The position numbers were made by a program, and so were the translations under genes. Source: Paragordius varius (lineage: Eukaryota; Animalia; Nematomorpha). From it: 64,000 nucleotides of DNA. Below the pieces are notes generated by a model, which saw nothing but the letters and a program-made list of their open reading frames with translations, searched no databases and had not been told where the DNA came from. How positions within the stretch are numbered: position 1 is the first letter of the stretch; each line of letters starts with the position of its first letter. Shown piece after piece: positions 48,142-60,350 of the stretch. Location: assembly GCA_964247055.1 (NCBI GenBank), contig OZ176051.1, positions 8,184,001 through 8,248,000 of the forward strand, read 5' to 3'.

Positions 48142-51100
48142 TTATATCGACCTCCTGGAAAAATTTAATAATTGATTTTCTGTTCTCATAATAGTGTATT
48201 GACAATGACATTTTTTACATTTCATATTGCCGAAATTGTTAGCAGATAAGTCAAAGTTCCAATCATAAGTTTTACAATGTGAATTTTCTTTGGCCCAAAA
48301 TTGTAATTTTAATTTATTTTTAAGAATAGTCGAAGCTTTTAACAAAGAGGTAGAGTTGTTATATATATTGGAAACAACTTTTTGTATCATATTCGGATAT
48401 GTCTTAACAGTTGTTTGACATGCATTGAACAGTGGAGATATCCATTCATGTTTCAACGTTTTAAGCAAAACTGATGGCTTCAATTTGGTTTCTTCCCCAG
48501 TTTGTGCAGATAAAATATCATCAGTTTGGCAAATAACATAATTATCATTTTTGAAAGTATGGGGAAATAAATTAATAGGGTTAGCATTATAATTATTATT
48601 ATTATTATTGGTATTTTCTTCGCCATAAATAAATTTGGGCGATGTTTTTAAATCATCGCCCAACGAATCATTATAAGGTTTAACGAAATTAAACTTATTT
48701 TTATTTGCAATGCCAATATTCTCGTCATTGTAATTAACATCATCTAAATTTGTTTCTTTTAACACTATATTTGATTCTGGACCATCCTTATCATTACATG
48801 ATGGAGAATGTTGGTCTCGGTTATTATCTGCTGTAACAAGGGGGGCTATCAGCCTATTTTTTAATTTACCCCACGGACTTCTAAAATTGGTACCAGTTCT
48901 TTTATCGTTTGGACTGTCGGGTGGTAAAAATTGTCCGTTACATATTGTACCCACTTCATTACTAATCCCGCCTATCGGACCCTTATACGTAGGTGAAGTG
49001 ATAAAGGGTGATGTATAAGGCGCATCTTCAAACGGTAACATACAATCTTCAACTTGAACGGCGTTATCCTGCTGTTTGCCCTGCTGGGCCTCCCAAGTTT
49101 TGTAGGGTGCATTTGAAACAGGAGAACTCGGGGCACATAGCCCCCCGGTACTGGATGACAAGGAGACGCGTTTGAGATTGTTGGATTCCGTCATAACTGG
49201 TGCTCCAATTTCCTCTAAATCTTTTAAGCTTAACGTGCTTGCCCCTACACCACCCGTTGCTGTGGGACGCGATGAGATGGGTGAGTTCATAATGCGTCGA
49301 CGACGGCGCAAAGATTCATTTGTAACTGATTTCCCCCACTTACCCTGGCTATGCATGTTAAATTTAAATGTTAAATTTATATATAGAATTCTTATAAAAG
49401 TTTTACTTGCTTAATATATATTCAGATTATAAAATATTTATGATCTAAGGTTATGATATATAACTGAAATGTTCAAACCTAATTTTTGAAAGACAATTTT
49501 ATATACCCCGATTCGTTTGATTCATATTCCAAATTTACAGACGGATCATCAAGATTTGTATTTGGTTGTGGTCCAGTATTTTCATCAAGACTATTTCGAG
49601 ATATGTTCTTTTCCCGATCATAATCAAAATTTGGATTTGGGCCTCTTGATTCATCATCTTGATTATCTTCCTCTTCTTGTTCTTCTGGAGTTTCCGTTAG
49701 CGTTTTTCCCTTTAACTTAGATATGGACATTAAGCTCTCACTTCTAGGTGTTTCGTTTTGTGTCTCCAGGCCTTCAGTATTCTCGCTTTGTTGTTGCTGA
49801 TTTGAAATAGCTTTTGCTGCGGCATTTATGTCACTGATGGCCCTCGAAAAGTAATTAAGACGTGAATCCAAAGAATACTGTCTGTTTTTAAATCTTTTTT
49901 GCCTCGCACTCATTAATGAGTTTGACGAGGGTGTAGTTCCAGATCTATCACTAGGCATTTGTCCGGCTACCGTTCCAACTGACTTTTCTTTTTCAAATAG
50001 ATTGGCTATGGCCTGTTTAAAGAGTGCGCTACTCCCGGACTTGAAAGGGACGTCCGATTTTTCATAGTCAGATTCGTTTCCGCCTACAGGGACATCCTTT
50101 TGTTCGTTTATCGTGTTTGATATCTCTATAGAAGGTACATTTGCTTTTGATGGGCCCTAGAAAGTGTCAAATTAAATATGAACAAGATATCTATGTTGCA
50201 ATCCTTTAAAAATAAATGTTTAAAAGGTGATTAATAAACATAAGAAATGTCAAAAAATTTAATATTCATATAACTTGTCGAAGTGGGGAATCTTCAGTTT
50301 GTAAACGTCGTAAATGCTGAGCTATATCATTAACTACTTGCGGGTTCTCAAAAATGGCCGCATAACTACCATTAATAAATTGTGGCGAGTGTGGTGTATT
50401 ACTCAATAATAGGCTTACACCAAATCCGCTACCTCGCCTATCCTCTTTGTTCTTTTTGTATTCGCTTTCTGTCATCTTTTCCACTATTTTGTTACGTTCA
50501 GCCCCCAATACATCATCGTAAGGTAGCAGTTCAGTGGCTCGCCTTCTGGCCGAAGCTCTTGGGTCAAAAATAACGCTCATTTGTTTATGTGGAATCTTTT
50601 TAAAACGCCGTCCTGTCTTAGGCATTACACTAGCTAAGGATTTGGATGGGACCTTTTTACCATATGGCAGAGATAGTGAGGTCTCCCTCTCTTCCGAAAC
50701 ATCTTTGAATTGAACTGATTTTCTTTGGTCTGTTGGCAGGGTGCTTGATGGTATATTTTTATCCGTAGCTAGCTTACCTGTTTCAATCGTATCACGGGAG
50801 GCAGTCTCGTCTTGGGATACGGAACTACTATCTTTCGTAGATATATTGGTTTGATCTTCGCCCAAGCCCGATTCCTCATCACTAATTTCTACTTCGATTT
50901 CTTCTTCTACTTCTTCCAACCATAATCCACCCAATTTGATTACAACCTCACGGGCTGCTGCACTTATAATTACCCAATCTCTCCTAATATCGTTTTCTGT
51001 GGTGTATTGTGATGTCACCGTGAATCTTATAATGTAAACACCTTTTAAAGATGCTGGTACCATGTGCAACTTACCAGACGAATTTAGCGATTTCAAAAGC

Positions 51101-54100
51101 GTTTCTGTCAATTCATTTTCGCCCTAAAATTAATGTGAATATATTACATAAACGACTTTAAATATACATAGAGCGTTTAAAATTAAAATATTTATGTTTG
51201 AAAATTATTGATTAGACTGTGAAAAAATTTACAATAAATTTTTACCAATTAAATGAATAAACATATATATATTCATATATTATTTGGCATAATTGATAAT
51301 TATATTATGTTAAAACTAGAAAATCTTTTTGATGTAAATCGCCATGAGAACATCATACACTGTAATATAAAACATTACTTTAAGTCTGAAAACGACCATG
51401 CCCATATGACGTTTTGCCGGTATTTCGAAATTTGGGTTAGAAAGCACAAGCGATTCAAACAATTTCGCCAATTCCACACCCTTTTAGATTTTTATTTATA
51501 TAAATTTAAAATTTATGCATGCATTAAGTGTTGTTTTTCTTATCATGCAAGATATTTATACCTTATAATAACTAAAATATATAACTAACCCTTCTAATGT
51601 GAGCTTGCAGGCCTGCTACACCAAAGGATCGGAGAACACACCAGAGTTTAAGTGCTCTAAAACGTTTGCTAAGTCCTATTTGCCAATGCTTAAATATACA
51701 AGATAATGAGTATATTTTAAGCATATATTTTAATAATAAAATAAATTTCCACAGAATATAGAAATTTTAGCGTGCATTTCTGTGGTGTATGGATGAATTA
51801 ATTGATAATCTCTTTCCCTTGCGCATGTAAGGGTAAAATACAAAATATAGTGATTGGAATCACAAAACAAAATTTAATGGCATATATCTTGAGAACCGAT
51901 AGGTATTCAAAATGTATCAAATAAAAAAGCTTTAATCTGATTGTAGTCAGTTTTAGGATTAAAAATAATTTTAAATATTTTGAATATCTAGAAAAGGATG
52001 CATAGTTTTATAATATGTAATTGATTCATTAATTCAAAATCGTAGAGTTGGGAAAGAAAATATATTAAACTACTCTGTTTATTAGAAATATAAAAGCAAT
52101 CAGTCATCGGTGAAAACTGAAAATATATTTTTTTACAAAGTTAGGTTTTGGTTAAGAATGATTTCCTTAACTGACTTATAAATCAATAGTTTATTTGCAT
52201 TAAGAATTATCAATTTTTTGGTTGGCAAATATTTTGTTTAGTTATTAATTGATTTAGATATAACCATAAAATATTGTCACGAGCACTCTTATTATTTATT
52301 TTTTGGTCATAAAATCCCGTCAGTTGAGGAAAATTAAATACTTCTAGTTTTATTATTAAAAAATAAATATAATAAAATTACCATATAATCAATCGCTTCA
52401 CCTGCAAAATATAAATATAATATGAATGTGAATAAATTATAATAAAATTTAAAAATATTATTCAATATATAATCAAAATGCTCACCCGAATTTTCATGTT
52501 GCAAATATAGGGGATCAACATTAAATGTTCTGTGCAAAAGAGTACTATCTTTGATCCTGTAATTGTAAAACACAAAATAAAGCGACCCAAGTAATACATT
52601 TAAGTTTAGTTTAAAAGCAGAATTGAAAGGATTTGGAATTCAAAAAAAGCCAGAGTTATCGAAAATCAACTGAAAATGATGTTTCAAAAAAAAGACATCT
52701 ATATTTACATTAATAATTAGCAATTATTAAATGTTACGGGTCTTATTCAAAAATATGAAATGCGCCTCGAAATTTTAGCCTGAGATCTCTAATTTTGTTA
52801 TATGATATTTTGTAGCTTTATAATCAAAGACAGCTGGCTAAATTTAGACGGCAAAAAGCTCTATTCAATGTAGTGAACATACTATTGGGAAAAATAAAGT
52901 AATTTACACTCTAATTTATGATTTAGTAAACACACTTATTTTTAGAACGATATTACAAAAAATATAAATAGGATTTGACAATCTCAAGGAAACGAGAAAG
53001 CCTATCAACAAATTTTTTTGTTTATTAAATGCGCCTTTATTAATTTACATAATTAACACCTTATTCTTGGTAAACAGGGTTTAAACAAGTAAATAGTATT
53101 TCCCTCTCGAAAAAGTGCAGGCCCAATAAATTAGTGATTTCCATTTTTTGTCTGCATATGAATCATACTTTTATTCCTCATAAAATATAATAATATTAGT
53201 CCGATTAAGGTTAAGATATAAAATCATAAAAATTATCTGATTTCTTTTATTGATTCAAGAAGCATATGAGCACTATAAAATTGACAAAGAAAAAAGCACA
53301 TAAAAGGTTGTTAAGGTCCATCAACATTCTGAGAATTCCGCTGTGCTTACTTAATTTATTGACTAGTTGTTTTCTCAGTTTATTGTTATATAATATATTA
53401 TACACCTGATTCACAATTCTCGTTATAACCAAGATACAGCGTCGCAGACCGGACTCAACTAACCCATTTTTTTATTTTACTCAAAATTTTTGGAACAAAT
53501 GGTTAATGTTAATATATACCACATGGCAGTGCAATCGAAATGTACCATTAACCATTTAGATGGATTGAAAGCAAATGATTGGGCATATTCAACGCCCTTC
53601 ATCCAAACCCTAAATTCTGGGCATATAAAAGCGGAACCCGCGTAAGCTGCATCTATATGCAGATATACTTCTTCATCCTTGCCTAAAAATGAACAAAAAT
53701 GAACATTTAATTTAATTTTATTTGAGAAACGTCTATATTAACATTACGGTCAGGATTATTGATTGAAAGGGAATTCGAAATTAAGGCTTATTAAAATCAT
53801 ATTTAATAATTAAAATATCAACTTATATCCCTAATAGTATTCTGTGTGTACAATCGTACCAAAATTTTTATTTTTTCATATAAAAAAATCGCTAAAAATT
53901 ATATATCCCTAATACTATTCTGTGTGTACAATCATACCAATCAACTTTCAATATAAAAAAACTAATATTAGCTCTTTTTTAATAAATTTATAACCAAAAA
54001 TAATATAAAATAATTATTTATTCATTTACATATTGGTCCTAATTCCGTCAAAACATCGAAGGCACAGGCACCGGTAGTTCCCAATGTAGCACATAACTAT

Positions 54101-57100
54101 ATAAAATATATATAATAATACACCAATTTAAAAAACTCGATTGTCGGTAATATTTAAGAAGTCTTCTTTTTACCTTATAAAAATTATAATTTTTTGTATC
54201 ATTTTTAATGAAAAATGTCATTATATTGATTCATTTTAAACGATTCCTCAGAAAACAAAATCCGTGATATGCCATAAAGGTAAAATTTAACAATTTTATA
54301 AACTCTTCTAACAATAAAAATTGTAATTAAGTTATTATTATGTATATAGTATATGAGACGTTCAAACAATGACGACTGGTTATAAATATCGAATATTTGC
54401 AGGATCTTATTTGAAACAATGATTTTTGGATTAACAGATTATTTTACATAAAAAGGGATAAATCCCTGGGTACGATCATCATCTATTGCCTCCTTGAGTG
54501 TTTTACCACGAAGGGATAGCTCATTATCAGTCGCTAAGTATCGCATGCGCACCAAACCAATCAAACCTGCCTTCTCAACAGACGAATGAGCCTATAAAAA
54601 TAAACCATTTACAGTCATGTATCCTTTATTTTATTAAAAATTCATTTTATTTTTTTTGTTAAATGGGTATAAATATTTGGTAAAGAATGAAAAAACAAGA
54701 GCTCTATGGTAATTCATATATTTTTTTGATAAATATGATATTTTATATACAATAGAGCTCTTGTTTTTCCATTCTTTACCAAATATTTATACCCATTTAA
54801 CGAAAGAAAATAAATTTTTTATAAAATAAAGGATACATGACTATAACAAAACATAATGATGGATTGCTAAATTTTTATTAGCGTGTGTTGTGCTGTGCAA
54901 TCTTATTTAAATAATATACTTGGTCAGAACAATAAGCTATCAAACGGCCATTGATTTCTGAATCATCTTTCTCTGGATAAAGTTCCTGAACCTTTCGGAT
55001 TGCCTCAGTCCTGGCAGCCAAAACGGATATAAAGGTTGCCTCGCTGGCTGTTGTCTGATATATTAAATTTTTTTTATAAGTTTTATGGTTTTTACCATTC
55101 TATAATATACCAGTTTGGTATTATAAGATATTTGCCCTCTTAGTGATTTGCAAAAATATATTTATATATAATACAAATACATTAATTATTTATTTTATGG
55201 AAGAAAAATTGAACTATAAAATTTATACTTGGATGACACCACCCCCCGCTGTTTGTGTGTTGGAGTGCAAAAAGTCATTGGGCATACCTATCATCTTGCC
55301 TAGCCAATCCATAACTATAGTTTCTAACTCTGTACATGCGGGACTTGAGGCCTATTTTAAGCATATTCGCGGAAATAAATTTTTTGTTAGAATATAAAGC
55401 CTTTTTGTTAATTTTATAAGGCGTTTTAGGCAGATTGAAACCGGGAACGTTTTATTCGTTTAAGCCAATTTTTCCCTAGTTTTGGCTTCAGCTTTTGATT
55501 TTATTATTTAAATCGTTTCTTTTGGGGTAGTTTTGTTTTTAATTTAATGTAATATGAACACATTAAAAATTTTTAAGCCTATAACCTATATATTGTATCC
55601 TGATTGTTTTTCAATCGAAGATACATTTAAATTTTTAAAAAAAGCATCCAGTTTGACACGGTCCCAATCCTAATACTAGTTTTTAAAAATGGTTACAGAA
55701 GGGAAACCCGTAGTTTTAAGATACTATTTCCTTATGCACTATAAATGAAAGTTATTGACAAAAAAATTATATGTTTTATCGATAAAATACCCAAGTGAAT
55801 CCCAAACAATTTATGGCATCAGCAATCATATCTCCCAACAATGAAGGATACGAATTTAAAGCCGGAAAATAGGCATGCATATATGGACTTTGCCAATGCG
55901 TGACCTAGGTTAATTTTAAAATAATTATGAATATGATTAATCTTGAAAACTACATATTTCAGACTTTTCGAATTCGTCTAGCACACTAATAATTATTTTT
56001 TTAGATTAGATTCTATCATATATATTTTCATACGCTTTAATCCATTTATTTCCTGGTTTTATTACAATTTACACTAATTTTCTTATAATTATTTTTATTC
56101 ATACGTATATCGGCCATATTTGTTGTTTTCATAATTGAATAATTTGGACATAATGTTTTTATTTATTATAGTAAAATATATACCTCCACTAAAATAAAAG
56201 TTTATACGGATAATTTTTGTTCAAGGATTAATATACAACCTTAAACCATGGAAAAGGTTTTATGTACAAAAATAAATCCGCGGTTTATTTAAATTAAAAA
56301 TTCATATCATGATTTAACAAAATAGGTCATAAACGTTTTAATTGGGTCTTCATAATAAGTTATTTGTATGATTATTGTTTAGACCAGTGGTTCTCAACCT
56401 TTTTATGTTCACGCCCTAACAAGTCTAAAATAAAAAATCTTGCACCCCTCTCAAAAATATCCAAGATAAAAATGTAAATTTATTATAATATAATAAAAAT
56501 CCCAATCAAAGAGATCCTTGTATTTGCAATTGAAATACTTCATATAGGTGACAAATCCTGATATTTAGCACCTGAAATCCTTCAATTTGTTTGTGGTTTT
56601 ATTTTTAATGAAAGATTCCAAATTTTTCGCACGCCCCTTAGATTTTTCTAAGCCCCACTGTTAGGAACCACTGGAACCATGTAAAATGTCAAAAAATAAA
56701 ACCACTCTTTTGGTTATTTCCAAATTATTTAACCTCATTTAAGTCCAAACACAAAGGTACACAAATAATGTAATCTACCATTTACAATTCAATTTCACCC
56801 TCAAAATTATATGTATTTCAAGATTAAAAATTTCCCATATTAATATATTTTTAAAAAATAAAATTTTGTTTTAAGTATAAATAATACTGAAAAAATAATA
56901 AACGATGACATTAACACTTGGATACAACACATTCATTTTATTCCTTCGATTCAAATTGGAGTTGGATACCCCAGGCCTATATAAAATTAAATACATTATA
57001 AAATATGGAAGGTATCGAAATTATGGAAAAATTTTGCACTTATATAACATTGATAAGCTGGAATATATATAAAATTTATTCAGAAATACTCGATGTTACT

Positions 57101-58013
57101 TACTTTGGTAAACCCAGAGGAAATTTAGTCCTAACATTTATGCATTAACCAAATTGAAAAATAATGCAAGATAAACCACTTTTTCTATTTCTATCAATTT
57201 TAAATGTGATTTAAATAATATATTGGTTTTAATTTTACATTTAAATTAAAATAAACACGATATTATGCAAGAGTTTTGTAAAATAAAAATGGAGTGTTTG
57301 ATATGGAATTTTTTTCAAAACATTAGGATATAAACATAAATTTAAATTCTTACCGTTTCCATCAGTAGTTTTTTAAAAATTTTAACTCAATTTGGTCTGG
57401 GGTTTAGATACCCAAATTGAATCGAAGTGTCAAGATATATTTCATATTAATAATGAATTATATTAGTTCGAAAACACATAATTTATTTTTAGTGTGAATT
57501 TGAATCGTCGAGGGTGAATTGAATTCAAGGGTGAATTTGCATTTTTGGTTATTAAATGCACACGAAAGTTTTATTTAGAGGTATTTTCATTACATTTATG
57601 GTTTTTAACCTAAAGTCTACTAAAGATTACCGGTAAAATATCAATCCAAAACAAAATTTATATTTTGTTTACACAAGTATTTTTTTAGGTAAATCTGTTA
57701 GAATGAAATTATACCCCAGGGAGTATGACATTTTTAATGTCATCCATGATTTGATCCCAACTTTCTGGTTGTGTGGGTGCAGTATCTGGCAAAAGTTTAC
57801 GCATATACCCCGGACTTACATTGGGAAATACACGTTGATGTCGAATATCCCTTAGGTAATCCCCAATAAAATCAATCACTTCTTTCCCTGTTTTTGAGTT
57901 TGAAAAGGTAAAAATATTAAGATTTTCATTGAAAATCTTATTAGGATTTAAAGTCAATTCATATGATATTATACATAATACATACCTTTTTCACGGTATT
58001 CGTTATTATCCAT
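48142..58013 (-). CDS. HDC: Histidine decarboxylase with very long C-terminal extension, 1314 aa (long isoform); complement(join(48142..49348,49507..50156,50275..51123,51379..51480,51590..51688,52382..52401,52486..52556,53520..53682,54030..54096,54448..54591,54920..55054,55229..55351,55791..55904,57715..57887,57986..58013))
   Basis: HDC-type motifs [54 protein letters not shown] (PLP lysine), [17 protein letters not shown] and QIGLSKRFR. All 15 exons join in frame; the last splice junction is less certain. Confidence 0.92.
54612..54843. mobile_element. Family C palindromic MITE in HDC intron 5
   Basis: TA|CAGTCATGTATCCTTT ... AAAGGATACATGACTA|TA; about 100-bp inverted arms; Tc1/mariner-type TA flanks. 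Confidence 0.85.
56385..56673. mobile_element. hAT (Charlie-like) MITE in HDC intron 2
   Basis: CAGTGGTTCTCAACCTTTTT ... TGTTAGGAACCACTG; the left flank gtttagac resembles the TCTAGA-type target preference. Confidence 0.7.
56776..57551. mobile_element. Family B MITE copy 4, interrupted by family A copy 7
   Basis: TACCATTTAC left TIR; the body resumes after 57433; 21-bp units at 57490-57540. Confidence 0.75.
56915..57429 (-). mobile_element. Family A MITE copy 7 (reverse)
   Basis: TTAA|CACTTGGATAC ... ATCGAAGTG|TCAA. Confidence 0.85.
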
Positions 58014-58949
58014 TCCAAATAAGAAAAGTGGAATATTGATGTGCACGGGGATAAGATTAAAAGGTATTATGGTGTAATAATTATATAAAAAAGTGATTAT
58101 CAGTTAACAATTTTTGCGACAAAATTGAAACGAATGTAATTATAAAAAATGTATTCAAGTATTCAAAATGGATAAATATTAAAACCAATCATATTTATTA
58201 TAATACGATATTTACAGTAAAAAATTGATAATTATATATGGGTGTAAACCGAAAAAGTATTGATTTATGGGCTTGGAAAGGCTTAAAAATGTTTTTCACA
58301 TATAATTGAAAAAAGGAAGATATTTTTTAGAGATGAGTCTTAGTTTATTAAGAAAAAGCGTCTATATTATTAGATATATATATCCTTTTTGTTGTCTCTA
58401 TAAATTTTTGATTGTCTACTAAAATGGTTTTGAAAAAAAACGGAAGTCAACCAAAAAAAATTTTTTTTGTAAAATTAAATTTTTTTATATCACTCAGCAA
58501 ATACATATGTGTGATACACTTGTCATAATTGTCACAGAGATTGCATTTAAACATCATTGTTTTATATTAATCTCGAAGAAATTTTGTATGAAATTAAATA
58601 TGAAAGGAGATATATTAGAGAATTATGATGAGAAGTGATAATCTTTTAATTAATTCAAAGGGTTGAAAAAAAACGAAATTTAATATAATGCATTTTGGAA
58701 TATTCCAATACCGATATAGATATATCTAAACATATTTAGTTAAATCAATAATATTTGACAGTGCATAATTTGGGTATTTTTAAGGATTTTAATTGTACGC
58801 CAACCGGAAATTTTAGTGTTGAAAGCAGGATTGAAAGGATAGATTAATTTAAGACGATATATGATTTGCTAAAAATTGGAATATACAAACAATTTTTAAA
58901 AACGATTCCACTTTTTTTGAATGATGCCAAGATTATAATCCATCTAAAA

Positions 58950-58956
<7 letters not shown>

Positions 58957-59022
<66 letters not shown>
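58957..59022. repeat. (TA)n microsatellite, ~33 units
   Basis: Direct reading; shorter (TA)n runs also at about 34247-34273 and 34494-34520. Confidence 0.95.
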
Positions 59023-59025
<3 letters not shown>

Positions 59026-60037
59026 GTAATTGCGTTAGAATTTATATAGGGGGTTTTTATTGTCATACCTCCCTATAAAAAATAGATTATGTTTAATTAA
59101 CTATATTGATATCAAACAGAAAAAAAAGATCTTTTAATTTATGGCTATATATATATTTATTAAAGTTTAAAAATTGGATTTTATACCAGATATTATTTGA
59201 AGAAATACTATGGTTATTAGTTGTGATAACTATAAATTATGTTGTTAATCATATATATTACGACATTTTTTAGGAAAAAAGCAAAAATTAAAGTTTTTCA
59301 GATTAATAGTTCCTTTTTGAAAAAAAAACGTGGTGAGAGAAACCATGATTATTACACTATTAATCCCTAGTTGATAAATTTAATCATCATAAAAATCTAA
59401 TTAAAGTAAAGTAAGTACGTTATTTTCTGTAATAAAAAATTGCCAAAAAGGATAATAATAGCATTTTAAATTTATTTACCTCTGTCAAAGAATTTGTTTC
59501 TTCAGATCATACAAATTACCTACCGTTGAGATTCAATTCAATAAGATAAAATAATTACTCTTAACAATTTTTGATAAAATATTATGAACGCCATCATATC
59601 GGATATATTTGACAAAATTAAGAAATATTATTGTTTGTGAAACATATTTCAAATTATCAGGGGTCATAAACTCACTTTTTTATTATAATTTTTATATATA
59701 ATATTTTTTAGGGAAAAAAATTATATAATAATATATAAATTAATAAGTGGTCTAGCATGCAAAGCATGTTTTTATGCCTAAAAATATAACAAAATGCCAT
59801 AAATTTCAATTAAGGGTAATCAGCGTTTTTGTCTTCGACTTTTTCCTTGATTTTGGGATTAGATATCGATTCTGACTGCCATATACTTAATTGACCATTA
59901 ATTATTATTATATATTTTATAAAAAAAATCCTAAATATACGGTGTCTTGTCTCCATAATTTTAACGCATTTTTTATATTTATGCGTCTCATTAAATTCAA
60001 ATTCATATAGGGATTCAATTATGTTTTGTCTGTATAA

Positions 60038-60350
60038 AAGGGCGTCCAACACAATGGATTTCGCGGGCCGATTTGAAATATATGTTGTAGTTAAGATCGG
60101 TTTGCTATTTCGTAAATGTAGGTACGCCAGCTTGTACGGTTAAGTGTGGTATATAATTATTTATTCTTAAATATTTTTTGGTCACGCATAAAACTGTGAA
60201 ATGCACACGAGAATAAAAATTTTCTAGTTTGTTGCCATTTAGAAGATTTAGCCATAATATTTGTGTCTAACAAATATCAATTTTATTAAAATTTTGTGAG
60301 TTTGCAAATTATGGATTATCAAATTTCGTGGCTCGCATTGGACACCCCTG
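60038..60350 (+). mobile_element. hAT-like MITE family G copy 3
   Basis: agggcgtccaacacaatg ... ttggacacccctg. Confidence 0.65.

Noticed and set aside
52382-52401. 20-nt HDC micro-exon as a novelty
   Set aside because: Real and needed for frame, but a very short exon at this position is, as I recall, ancestral in the DDC/HDC family.
53247-53465. GC-richer island in HDC intron 8 as an extra exon
   Set aside because: Exons 8 and 9 already join in frame with no missing residues; the island looks more like a retroelement 3' relic.
58866-59078. ORF with YIYIYI repeat
   Set aside because: Translation of the (TA)n microsatellite.
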